Positions 35,794 through 48,480 of a stretch of 64,000 nt of DNA are shown here, in pieces; the first letter of the stretch is position 1, and the number at the start of each line of letters is the position of its first letter. The position numbers and the translations under genes were made by a program. Source of the DNA: the human T2T-CHM13v2.0 reference genome, Homo sapiens. The notes under the pieces were generated by a model. It saw nothing but the letters and a program-made list of their open reading frames with translations. It was not told the origin of the DNA and did not search any database. Where the stretch lies: the NCBI RefSeq assembly GCF_009914755.1, contig NC_060940.1. One strand, written 5' to 3'.

Positions 35794-38186
35794 AATTAAG
35801 CCTCCTTTCCATGCCTGGGGTGTTCCTTCTCTGAAGCAGACATTTTACTCATTTTTTTGCGTATCAGTCTGCATTTTCTGAAGAAGAAAAAAGGGGAATG
35901 GGAAAGGACATGGTCCCCAGTTGAAGGAGGGGTAGGGTGGGCTGCTGTGATGTCGTCTGCCTGGATTGAGACCTCCTTCTGGTTCTCTTTGGGCATCTAA
36001 ATCTTTCACAAATCCAGCAAATGTATATATTTCCTGACTGTAGGCCAAACATCATGTTAGATCCTGGGGTACCAATCAGGCTATGCCCCCAGGCGGCCTT
36101 GGCTCTGGCGGGAGGCAGGCAGTAAGAATGCACTGACGACATGTCAGAGAACGTGTGGCCTTAACAGCCACAATTCCAATCCTGTGTCTCAGCCCGGCTG
36201 AGCCTCGGGCCTCCTCCCTGTGCAGCTGAGTGCTGGGGTCGGGGGAGAGGAGAGATCTGCTCAGCTGCTAGCCCCAGGAAAATGCTGTACATCTTCCAGG
36301 ATGGCCTTTCTGCTGTGTATTTATGCCTAGGCTCATGTTCCAAGAAAATCCCATGATCAACCAAAGCATGATTTCCCTGGGAACCAGAGGGATGTGAGGC
36401 CGTCAGCCCCTCTGATATAGGGACTTCCCTGAGCTGTTTTCTCAGCAACTCACAGCTACAGGGCAGAAAAATATAGATGATGCATAGTGCTCTGGCTTTC
36501 TCTCTCCTCCTCTGGGGATCCTGGGGCTTGGGTGATTCATTTTAGTGCCTCTAATCAGGCCCTGAGCTCAGGGCCTCGGAGGGAAGGAGGATTCCTTCAG
36601 AGGGGTGAAGTTTGGCTGTCATTGATGGTTACCCTTGGGTTGGTACCATGCGCTGGGACGTTCAGAGACTGATTTTCCTTCTTATATCTGACAGTACATT
36701 TTGGATCTTTAAAAGCCCCAACTATTCCAGACACCCATGCAAGTCATAAGCCACAAAGGTCAGTAAATTTCAGACCAAAAATAAAAAAGCAAGGGAGAGA
36801 GAAATGCACAGTGACAGAATGAGATGCAGACACCAGAGATACACAGGCCCCCAAGGAACGGCCAAAGAGCTGCCTCTGAGACGGAAATGCCAGAAGTACA
36901 GAGGAGACACACACCTGAAAAGACTGAATATTATCGGGAAAAAGACACACCCAGACACACCAAGGCTCAGCGGCACTGCTGTCCTCAGGTGCTCCGAGAT
37001 GAACAGGCAACCTGAGAGCTTCTTAGGACAGGCCGGATCCCTCAGGGTCGACTCCCATTCCCACTATTTTTATTTCCAGCCTGCAGAATCACCTCTTCTT
37101 CATAGTAGGAAAGAACTCTGCAGACTGGGAAACCCCTGCAACCTGCCACTGCAATAAATTAGATCTGCCACTTGCAGACCCTAGTAGGCAAGTGGTATTA
37201 ACTAGACTTCAATAGCTATACAAGAAAGATACATGCACACAGTACACAGAAGGCTGTGCAGTCATAGGATCCATTTTTTATGGGAAGTGTTCCCTTCTCC
37301 CAGACATTTAGCAAAGAAGTGATTCTAGAACAGCAATCACAAAGGTGGAGATGAGCGAAGCAAAATCCTAATTTATCCAACCCTTTTATTGAATAGCTGA
37401 GCAAATGTAGTACACGAAACTAGGGGAACCATTAAATGTCACAAATTCAATACGGAAGCCAGGTAGAAACCAGACATCTTTGGCCATGGCTTAGGGTCTT
37501 GGATCAGTAGGATTTTGCCTCTCCATTGGAATGGCATCTTACTCTGCTGTGGCAAACAAAGCTGGATCCCAGAATTCAAGCATCAGTCTCAAGTGACTTG
37601 GGAACTATAAACGGCTCTTTTAAAGGTGATCATAATTATTTCCCTCTTTGATAGAGCACAAAGGGGGTGCCCTGTCTAACACTCCCACAAGATCTTGGCA
37701 CAAAAGGGATGAATGTGCAACTTTGGTTTCTCGCTGGCATTTAAAAGCCCTCATTTGGGAGTAGGATTTATTAAATATTATAATCAGTTCAGTGTCGCCT
37801 GCTGAAACATTTACTTTAATGGGCTTGTTAAATTTAGATTATGTTAAAAAGAAAAAAATTTAGATTATGTTAAAAGGAAAAAGAGAGAGTGAGAGAAAGA
37901 AAGACATTCCCCTGTCTCTGAACTCTTGGGCTGCCAAATCCTCATTGGATACATACTGAAGAAATAGCTCCCAGCCATGATAATTACCCGGATTGCGGGA
38001 GGAAGGGGGTGACATTTCAAGATGATGTGAGAGGACGTTTTGTTTGGTAAAGACACCCTCCTGATCAAAACCTCTTTATTTTGGAAAGAGCAACATAAAC
38101 CTTTCTTTTTTCCTTTCTGCTTCCCATCCTTCCTTTCTTAAATGGTATTTTAACTTAATTTTAATCACATGAGTAACACGTGATAT

Positions 38187-38643
38187 TTATGTTAGTTTGT
38201 ATTGTGTTGCTATAACAGAATACCTGAGGCTGGCTCATTTACAAAGAAAAGAGGTTTATTTGCCTCATGATTCTGGAGGCTGGAGAGTTCAAGATGGTGC
38301 AGCTAGACCTGGTGAGAACCTCATGCTTCTTCCACTCTTGGCGGAAAGTGGACAAGAAAGGGGAGTGAGCATGTGCAAAGAGAACAAATGGTCACAGTGG
38401 AAGCAAGAGAGAGAAACTGAGGAAGCCAGAGTCCTTTTAACAGTCTGCTGTCTTGGGGACTAATCTATTTCTGAAAGAGGGATAACTCACTCACCCCCAA
38501 GAGAGTGCATTAATCTAGTCATGAGGGATCTACCCTCATGACCCAAATGCCTCCCACTAGGCCCTGTTTCCCAAGACTACCACATTGGAGGTCAGCTTTC
38601 AACTTGAGTTTTCATGGAGACAAACCATATCCAAACCAAAGCA
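38187..38643 (-). mobile_element. MST (B/C-like) LTR
   Basis: GTTGCTATAACAGAATACCTGAGGCTGG...CAAACCATATCCAAACCAAAGCA. Confidence 0.85.
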
Positions 38644-38649
38644 ATATTA

Positions 38650-38905
38650 ATAGCTGACATTTTTTGATGCCTTGCTATGTGCTAGACACTGTTCTAAGCA
38701 TTTACCTGCATTGATATTTTAAATCCTCTGATTGCATTATTAAGTGGTATGATAATTATTGCTATATTACAGGTGAGAAAAGTGGAGCATAGCGAGGTTA
38801 GGCAGTGGGTCGAAGGTCACATAGCTGGTAAATGACAAAGCCAGTATTCAAACTCAGGTGCCTGACACTGAAGATTATGCATCTATCTAACTGCTATGCT
38901 ATACT
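38650..38905 (-). mobile_element. MIR
   Basis: TTACAGGTGAGAAAAGTGGAGC...AAGGTCACATAGCTGGTAAATG...TTCAAACTCAGG. Confidence 0.75.
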
Positions 38906-39426
38906 GCACAGATATTCATTCACCCATAGAACTAAAGTTTTTCCGTATAAAGCCAAAATTTTCTTTAATCAACCTAATCCCTGTCTTCTCCTTATACCCC
39001 ATATTAGCCATTACCATCAGCTTGGGAAGTGTTCCCCATGTCTATGAAAATAAATAAAATCACTGTGTGTATTAAAGCAATGATGTCATTCTGTATCATT
39101 CTTGTAACTATTTCTTCAGTCAAAAATATTTCATTTTATACCTGTATAATATTCTATTCTATTTAGCTACTCTCTTCTTGACAGATATTTACGTTGAATT
39201 TAATTTTTAAAAAAGTAAACAATGTTCAGTGTATATGTAAGTTTGTCTTTAGGGAAGATAGAAAAAAATGGAATTACTTAGGTCATTTTTTGTTTTTGAA
39301 CAGATATTGCCAACTTAATGTTCTTAATGGCAGTACCTGAACGTTACTATTACTTCAATCTCTCTTTTTCATAATTAAACTGAAAAACAAACAAACAACC
39401 AACCAATAAAAAAAAAAAACACTTGG

Positions 39427-39729
39427 CCAGCCAGGCGCAGTGGCTCACACCTGTAATCTCAGCACTTTGGGAGGCCGAGGCATGCAGATCACAAGGTCAG
39501 GAGTTCAAAACCAGCCTGGCCAATATGGTGAAACCCCATCTTTACTAAAAATACAAAAATTAGCCGGGGGTGGTGCTGGCACCTGTAGTCCCAGCTACTT
39601 GGGAGGCTGAGGCAGGAGAATTGCTTGAACGGGAGGCGGAGGTTGCAGTGAGCCGAAATCGCGCCACTGCACTTCAGCCTGGGTGACAGAGAGAGACTCC
39701 GTCTCAGAAAACAAACAAACAAACAAAAA
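39427..39729 (+). mobile_element. AluS (Sg-like)
   Basis: Full Alu with (AAAC)n tail. Confidence 0.93.
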
Positions 39730-40511
39730 CCTTGCTAACCTTATGGGTAAAAAATACAAGTGCTTCTCTCTACCCTTCTGTGAGAGTTAACCACCTTGGC
39801 TACTGCCTTTCAATGTGCAGTTCTACACAGCTGGGCCTACTAACGGTCAAGTTCAGGTTTTCCTTGGTTCTAAGGCAAGTTTGGCAAAAAAAAAAAGGTT
39901 ATTTATATCTCTTCTCTACTTTGAGTCCTGGCAATTTGGAGCCAAGTTGTAGCTGTTCAACATTCTAGGCTATGAGACCCCTCACCCACCAAGATAAAAA
40001 CTATGTTCAATTTAGAAGCAAAATCAAAATCTCCCACTCTTTGGTGTATTCATTAATGTTACTATCCAGCCCTGAACTTGACAAACACTTAATGAGAACT
40101 TTCTATGCGCAGACACAGTGCCACGTGCTGGGGAAACAAGGATGAGAAAGATAAATGCTCTCCCATCCTCATAGAGCTTCATGTGTCTGTGATTGTCCAG
40201 TTCATAGAATCGAATGTCCACTTGGGTCTTCTCTAGTTTATAAAAACTGTTCCCCACTCACCTTCCATGAACTTCACCTTGAATCCAAGACCACGTTTTT
40301 GGGGACCTGGTGCTTTACAAAGCACCCAGTCCACATCTATGAGGGTTGCCTACTACCTCCAACCTCCATTCCTCTTGTGGGACTTCTACAGGATCTATAT
40401 GAATATTTTAGAAATACTCAGTTTAGATTTGCTATTATTGTGTCAGGTCTGTTGAAATAGTTTAGTATAGACTGGTCCTAAACCTTGAAATGAAATACCC
40501 TTTCTTTCTAC

Positions 40512-41668
40512 TAGAAGACAACTTTTCATGAGTCTCTTGCATTTCTGCCTAACTTGAGAGCAGATGAACTGACCTCAAAAAACAGAGATGGTGTGGTGCA
40601 ATAAAAAACATATTTGGCCTTCATCCTTGGTTCCTGATGCAGAGCTTCTAAAACCCTTGGAATTTCCTGAGTCATAGGAGCATCTTTTGTTCTTCATAAC
40701 AAGCCCCTTTCAACCTGAGTTTATGCTACTGAAGTGACTCTTGGTGGGCACCTGTGTAGCTTCAGGATGGGGACTGGTTGCCAGAAAACCATATGATTAG
40801 AGGGTTGGAACTTCCAGCTCTACTTCTGACCTCTAGGGAGGGGAGAGGGTTGGAGATTGAGTTCAATCCCCCAATGGCCAATGATTTAATCAATTATTCC
40901 TGCATAATGGAACCTCCATAAAAACCTCTAAGCAATAGAGTTTGGAGAGCTTCTGGGTTGAACACATCAAGATGTTGGAGGGTGGTGTGTCCAGAGAGGG
41001 CATGGAGCTCATACCTTGTCTCATGCTTCTCTTCCATTCGGCTGTTCCCAAATTGTATCCTTTTTAATAAACTGGTAATAGCAAGCAAAGTGCTTTCCTG
41101 AGTTCTGTGAGTCATTTCAGTAAATTATTGAATTTGACATGGGAAGAAAGGTCATGGGGCTTGTAACTGGCATTGGAAGTGGTAAATAATCTTGTGGGAT
41201 GGAGCTCTTAACTTGTTGGGTTTGGGCTAACTTCAGATAGTGTCAGAAATGAATTGAATCATTGGGTGCCCAGTTGGGGTCAGAGAATTAGAGAAATGGA
41301 GAATTGCTTAAAAGGTATCCCAGGAAAAAAAGAACCTGAGGGATAGTCTCCCTCTGGAGCAATGGGTAGGTAGGCTTACCACTTGTTATAAAAGATATGG
41401 ATTCCTTAAACTCAGGGTTCTTCTCCAGTAATGCAACCTTCTGCATATGCAAATGTCATTTCATCCTCTCTGCATTATCCTGTAAAAATTGAGTCTCATG
41501 GGACCATGATACATGCTGAAGGGTTGTTCCTGATTATTGCTATGCTTAATACACTTTATTTCTGGCTCAGGAGCCTCTGTCTTCTACCAGCATCAATGAA
41601 ACTGTGGCAGTTTGGCTTGCTAGCTTGCAAACAGGGAAATGTCTGAGACATTTCACAGTTACTGACAC
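40512..41668 (+). mobile_element. ERVL LTR (MER54/73/74-like) hosting a nested MER21 LTR
   Basis: Outer pieces at 40512-40590 and 41338-41668 (CCAGCATCAATGAAACTGTGGCAG...TTACTGACA). Confidence 0.55.
40591..41337 (+). mobile_element. MER21-family LTR
   Basis: CAGAGCTTCTAAAACCCTTGGAATTTCCTGAG...GGCCAATGATTTAATCAAT...CTGAGTTCTGTGAG. Confidence 0.8.
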
Positions 41669-43059
41669 ATGTATTTACCCATTAAATAAAATACTTATTG
41701 AGTATCTGCTATATGACAACTACTAGGGGTTCACAGATGAATCAGATAGTCAGGTCCCTGCTCTCATGGAGTTTCCATGCACAGTGAAGGAGGCATGCAA
41801 AATAGAAGCATTTATGGATTGTGAAATGTGCTAGGAAGGGAATAAATAAGTGCAGTGGTAGAGACCAACAGGTATACTAGGGTAGGTTGGTGAGATAAGG
41901 CCTGTCTGTACAGATGACCACATTGGTGAGAATTGAGAGGTATATTTGTCATTCAAGTGCTCCAGGAAACACAAGGATGGAGGCACTGAGGTGGGATGGA
42001 GCCCAGTGTCTTCCACAAGCTGACTGGTGACACAAGTGACCCCATAGTAGATGAAAGCAAGTGAGTCATATGAGGTGATCAGAGAAGTAGCAGGAAACAC
42101 CCGTCCTTGAACTCACAGTATGAAGGTTGTATTTCATTCAAAGTGAAAATGGAAATCATAGAAAAGTTCAAGCCACAGAGAGTAGGGAGGAGCAGCATCT
42201 CATTTACATCTCGTAACAATTTCTCTGGCCACCTTGTAAAGAAAGGAACAAGAGTGCTTCTCCTAGGACCTCCTGTCTGGACCACCCAGTGCCTTCTCTG
42301 AGCCCAGCCTCAACTTCCCCTCTTCCCCTCCCCCGGCCCTGTGAGTGCGTTTCTGACCCACCTCTGCTGGCTCTCCCATTCTCCCTTCTCACTGCCCCTA
42401 GGTTGCTGAGCAACCCACAATGCCTCTCACCTCAGTGCGCAGGGAACAATGGTTTTTCAGCTCAGGGCTTGAGAAGGGCAAAGAGGGAATCCAAAAGCAG
42501 AAATATGGGCAACCCTTCAGAATGGGCCATTGTTCAGCTGGGAGCAGAAAGGGATTTGCAACAGACAAAAAGAGAAGGTACACCTTTTGTCAGGAAGAGA
42601 TTGTAAAACCATCCATGAGAACACATGCCCAAAGCATTAAAATTGACATCACAAATACGGTTGATGGAACAAGACAGCGGGACATATTGCAAACAGAATG
42701 TGACAGACAATGTCTATGAAGAAAACAATGGTCAACAAAACGGTGCCATACACACATTATAAGGAGATATTATGCAGCTAAGTGAGAAGGACAAGTTGCA
42801 AAGTCCTGTGTGTAATATGATCCATTTAAAGCAAACATTAACGACTTGAAAAGCAAGTCTATGTTTATGTGTTTGCATATATATATAAAATCATGAAGAA
42901 CAGTGTGAAAAGTTACCTTTTCAGACCTTGTTGGAAAGGTGATCCTCAACCTTGACTAAATATTAGAGTAATTCTAATAATTTCTAATAAAAATTAGAAA
43001 ATTTCCTTCATAGCTACCACAAAGGTTAATACTACGAAACTAAATATTTTCAATAAAAT

Positions 43060-44730
43060 TCTTGTTTTTAAATAGCTTTAGATTATAGGAAAGATTTTTG
43101 CAAGATTAGCATACATTATCATGTATGTCCTTCATACCTATGGTATATTTGTCGAAACTAAGGAACGAACATTGATATATTATCGTTAACCAACTCCAGG
43201 CTTTAATTTGTATTTTACCAGTTTCTTCCACTACTGTCCTTTTTTCTGTTCGAGAATCCAATTAACGGTACAACACTGCTTTTAGCTATCACGACTTCTT
43301 AGTCTCTTCTGGTCTGTGACAGTTTCTCAGCCTTCTCTTAATTTCCTCACCTTGAAAGTTTTGAGGAGTACTGGCCAGGTATTTTGTCAAATGTTCCTCA
43401 AGTTGAATTTGTCTGATGTTGATTCATAATTAGACTGACATTATGGGTTTTGGGAAGTACCAAGGGCAGGTCATTTGTCCTTCTTAGCACATTCTATCAG
43501 GGATTTGCTACCAACAGTCACTGGTGACATTAACCTTGATCACTTGGCTAAGGTGGTGTCTACCAGGTTTCTCACCTGCAAAGTTACTATTTTTCCTTTC
43601 CCTTTCCATAGCCTATTGTTTGGAAGTGAGCCACTAAGTCCAGTCCCCATTTAGGGGGAGGAGTTTAACTACAACTCCTAGGTAGGGGAAGACATACATT
43701 TATTACTTGGAATTGTTCTGTGAGGAATATTTGGCTCTTTTTTCTCATTTATTTATTATCAGCAAAAACTTGTGTATGTTTATTTTATACTTTAGGTTTT
43801 ATTCCAATGCTACTTTATTTATTTTGTTTCTCAAATTGTTCCAGTCTTTGGCACTGCAGTTTCTTTCCAGTTGGCTCTGGGGTTCCCTTCGTATCCCCTT
43901 GCCTTTTTTTTTCTTTATTACCACTCTCTTACTTTCTGGCACTATAAAATACTCTAGTCTCATATTTTGTATTTCCTTCCCCAGCTTTAGACTCAGACAT
44001 ATCTCTGAGAATGGTATTTAGAAACCAAGGTCTGGGAAGAGGCATTCTCATTGCTATAGGGGTGTCACAGCTTCTGAGACTTCTTTGTGGATAGAGGTAG
44101 GAAATATATGTGTATACAATCCAGGTGTACACACATGTCTAGAATTATTGTTGAATCTCAACCTCTCTGTCTTTGTAAACACACACACACACACACGGAG
44201 CACTAATGAAGGATATTTCGTTGCTTCATTAGTAAGAACATAAACTCACACATTCATACGTATATATATACAAATACATATATGTGTATATGTATATATA
44301 TGTATGTGTATATAAATAAACTCATACACGCACATATATACACACACATACACATATAAACACACACACACAGAGGGAAGGGGAAATAGATATTTGTTGC
44401 TGCTCTCATGGTTTAAATTAAACATAAGTTCATACTGATGTCTTCAACTCTAAACCAATACTCAAGGATTCATTCCCCTTTCCTTCTTGCTTGTTTGTAA
44501 TTTCGTCTCTGATAGTAAAAAATTTGGCTGTTGTTATCCTCCATTTATTTACTTACTTGCTTAACCCTCTATTAGATGTAAAATACTTTGAGAATTACCA
44601 ACTGTAGGTACCCCTATGACAAACAAATTTATAAAATAAAGTTCAATGTTTCTATAAAGTTCTTTTTGTCCTTGACCTTACAGTTTCCAGTCAAAATGCC
44701 ATTTTCCAAAGTCACCGAGATCAAATTCTG
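43060..44730 (-). mobile_element. L1MC-like 3' region with (CA)/(TA) tract
   Basis: TTAACCTTGATCACTTGGCTAAGGTGGTGTCTACCAGGTTTCTC; GGTATTTAGAAACCAAGGTCTGGG. Confidence 0.7.
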
Positions 44731-44842
44731 TTTATATCACTTCTGGGGAACTTTAAAAAAAAACACTGATGCCTATAGCCTAACCCAGATCACTGAAATA
44801 TCCTTGAAGGTGAGTCCCTAGCCTGAACAGTTTTAATAATTT

Positions 44843-45045
44843 TGAAATATACAAGGTAAATGTTTTTATCCCAAAAAATGCATGCAAGATGATAAATTTA
44901 TCAATTAGATTGATGAAATCATTCCACAATGTAAATATATTGCACAATTTAAACACAATGTAAACATTGTACCACACAAATACATAATTTACACAAGTAT
45001 TATTTGTCAATTAAAACTAAGTACATTAAATTAAAATAAAATAAA
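44843..45045 (+). mobile_element. L1M 3' end inserted into a MER5
   Basis: AATCATTCCACAATGTAAATATAT...TTATTTGTCAATTAAAA plus A-rich tail; near-TSD AACA(G)TTTTAAT. Confidence 0.65.
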
Positions 45046-45939
45046 CATTTTAATTATCCCCAGGAGGAGCAATAGCTTCAAACCCATTGAGAATCATTGA
45101 GAATCATCACTTCAGAAATTAGAAACAAAGAGTTTCAAGTATTGTTTTATGTATTTCATTGTTTCATTAATTAATAAGAACATAATTCATTTGTAATTTA
45201 AAACAAAATAAGAAAGTAAAACTTTTTTTTTTGATAGGATGGGAATAGCAGTCACAGAAACCAACCCCTCTTCCTGGTTTTTCCTCTTAAGGGCTGTGTG
45301 ACATCAGAAAAGCAATTTAAACACTCTGAGTCTCTGCCTCTTTGTCTGTAGATTCGCTCTAATGCCACTCATTTATCTTCCTTACATGGCTTTTCCTCAC
45401 ATCCCAAGCCAGCTGAGACAATGTCTGTGAACACATTTCGATGATCTTGAAGAACTATTCAAATGGAAAGAATTGTTGTTACTAAGTTATGTCACCTAAT
45501 GAGTTGTTCTTCAGACCCTTGAGAGCTAAGGAAGACTCTGTGACTTGCATAATTGCTGTAGCCATTACCCACATCAACTGGCCTGACATGGAGGACAATG
45601 GCCAACCGGGAGGAGAGGAATGGAGCAGATATGGAGAAAAGAGAAGCACCATGAATGATAGCACACAAAAGACATAAGAAAGAGAGGAGGTCGTCTTCTG
45701 ATTTGCCTTGGTTCCTGAATAGCTTTCTAGGTCTACTTATAACCTGTGAATCTCTCCGCTATCCAGTAGAGCTACTGTATATTTTGTATTATTTCCAGGG
45801 ATCTCTAATTTAATAGTGCACTGGGTTTCTCTAATATGGTAGAAAGTGATAACAAATTTGCATGTTAATCCTCACGTATGCCGATTCAGCCATGATTAAT
45901 CCAGATGAAATATTGCAAACATAAGCAGACCTGAAGCTG

Positions 45940-46160
45940 AGGATTTATCTACTTTGGCACCATTAGAATTGTAGGCTGAGTAGCCCTGTGTTTGGAGGCT
46001 TTTGTGTAGATAGGCTGCTTAACATTACCCTTGGCCATTCTGGTCTACCAGGTGACAGCAGCAGTCCCTCCTCCAGGGTGACAGCCAAAAAAGTGTCTCC
46101 AGATATTGCTAAATGTCCCCTAAAGGAAAAAGAGTCTCCGTTTGAGAACCACTGCTCTAG
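45940..46160. mobile_element. MER20 hAT MITE
   Basis: GTGACAGCCAAAAAAGTGTCTCCAGATATTGCTAAATGTCCCC...TTGAGAACCACTG. Confidence 0.85.
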
Positions 46161-46599
46161 TGAGAATAAAAATTTTTGTTCTTATTAAATAACTAATATA
46201 ATGTTATATGCTGGTTTTATCCTTTCAAAAATTGTGATGAATTTTTCAAAAACTACAAAAAACTTATACTTGTAGACACTGAATGACCACAAAGAGGTCT
46301 GATGATGATATAAGGTGAGGAGACACAGCTCCAGGGAGACCGTTTTGAATTTTTCATATATATTAATAATGGATAAAGGAAATTGTCTCTTATTATGTGA
46401 GACAGCTACCATTGTAGTCATATTTTTATCTGCCTCCCTATCCCATACTAAGTGGAGAAAAATATCTAAAGGGAGTACATTTTTCTGTGAATATACCAGT
46501 TTTATGTATATTCTTTCTAAGTTTTAGGTTAGTTTCCTTATTCTTATGGGGAGATACCTGAGTCATCTTCAAAGCACTATCTACTTCAATGAATTCACG

Positions 46600-47125
46600 T
46601 TTGATTCTAGGTGAAAAAGACATTCAAGTCTGCAAACTTGGCTTGTTCAAAATCCAAATTGGCTCACATACTAGAAAAGCAATAGGGAATATATTCAGGT
46701 ACAGCTTGATCCAGGGCTAAGCAATGTAACCAGGACTGGGTTTGTCTCTGTCTTTTACTTTTGCTATCATGTTGGTTTAATTCTCAGACTCAGTAATCCA
46801 GCCTCTTTCTCAGAAGACAAGATGAATACAGCAGCCCCTCTTCCCATGCTATCAGGTTCATTCCCAATGAGAAAAGAGGACTCAGCTGTCTCCCAGCAGC
46901 AAAAGACCCTCTGTTTCTCTGGTTTGCTTTCATTTGTCATTGAATTTGGGTCACCAGCTTATGCACATGCCATTATTGAACGAGGGTTCAAGACAATGGC
47001 TTATGTGCCAGTTCCTCTAACTGGTTCAGAAAGGAGAAGAGGAGAAAAATCCTCAAATGAAAACAAGAGCTGGTACTGGAAGAAGGTGGAATCATTTTTG
47101 GAAGGTCAAACAACAGAAGCCTGCT
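46600..47125 (-). mobile_element. Old MLT1 (K/L-like) LTR
   Basis: TTCAGGTACAGCTTGATCCAGGGCT...GGGTCACCAGC. Confidence 0.55.
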
Positions 47126-47559
47126 TCTCTAACCTAGAATATATTTATAAAAAAAGTTCTTAGAGACTTAATAATGGGATGGCCACATTTTATAAATGAA
47201 GACATCAGGTCTCAAGGATCTTGAGAGAAGCAACAACTATAGTTTGTAGCAGAGACCAAACACTAACCAAAATTTAGCTACCAAGTTTTAGATGATGGAA
47301 TCCAAATTTCCAATATTCAATGAGTGATGACATTTATACTGGACTCAAAGAAAAGTGAAAACATTTTCTTACACATTCCTAGGATCATTTTGTTTTATAC
47401 CTGTTGTTTATTTTTAAATCTTACTTGATCAAAAAGCAACCTGTGGTGCTTGCAAGAAAAACAGATTCTCAAGTTACTCTCCCATCGATTAAAACTTACA
47501 ATGCCAGGGGTATGGCGAAGAAATCTGTTATTCTGTTATTTAGCTAGTTTGTAGAACAA

Positions 47560-48279
47560 TGCATATGTCAGCAGTTCACGGCCTCAGGTGAATATTAAAA
47601 TTACCTGGGGAGCTGACGATGACTGGTCTCTCAACTCAGATCAATTAAATCAGAACCACCTGGAAACAGGACTTGGATTTTTTTTTTTTCCCTCTCCTTT
47701 TTTAAATTCTCAGGTGATTCCAATATGCAGCCAAGTTTGAGAACAAGCATCTTGTGTCATAGAGCAGTGGTTCTGGAGAACTCGATATAATAAATACAGG
47801 AGCTTAGTTCCTACCCTACTTCAGTAAGTCTGAGCTCCCCTTTTGGTTATGAGCATTATGGGTGATTCTTATACATTTCAAAGTTTGAGGAACACTTCTC
47901 AGAGCCTTACTAATCAGTGTGGTCCCCAACTGGCAGTGTTGACATCATATGGGAACTTCCTAGAAATGCAGCACCTCAGGCTCCACCTCAGATCTACTGA
48001 GTCAGAATCTGCATTTTAAGAATATTCCCCAAATGGTTTGCAAACATTTTAGGGTTTGAGAATCTCTGCTATAGCCCTATCTTTGACTCCCAACAACAAC
48101 TTAAGCCCATATGAGGAGATGTTTAAGAATATCAAGGGAAAGCGTTAGCACAAATACCTAATGCATGCAGGGCTTAAAACCTAGATGATGGGTTAATAGG
48201 TGCAGAAAACCACCGTGGCACATGTGTACCTATGTAACAAACCTGCACATTCTGCACATGTATCCCAGAACTTAAAGTA

Positions 48280-48355
<76 letters not shown>

Positions 48356-48480
48356 ATTTCCAAGCCTCACTCCAAGATATTCTGATTAATTGGGTGGCAC
48401 CTTGGGCCTTTTATCAGGAATTCTTTAAAAAAGGTTCCCAGGTGATTCCAATATGCAAAGTAGGACTAAGAACCACCATT
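47560..48480. mobile_element. Cluster of about 4 MER5A/B hAT MITE remnants
   Basis: Repeated CAGGTGATTCCAATATGCA...TTGAGAAC and AGAAATGCAG...CTACTGAGTCAGAATCTGCATTTT motifs. Confidence 0.7.
48136..48353 (+). mobile_element. L1PA 3' end with A~26 tail and (AT)n
   Basis: GGGCTTAAAACCTAGATGATGGGTTAATAGGTGCAG...CCCAGAACTTAAAGTAAAATT; TSD remnant ATATCAA. Confidence 0.9.

Noticed and set aside
36780-37010. AGAGA/GACAC-rich stretch as a spacer array
   Set aside because: No fixed repeat unit; decayed low-complexity sequence.
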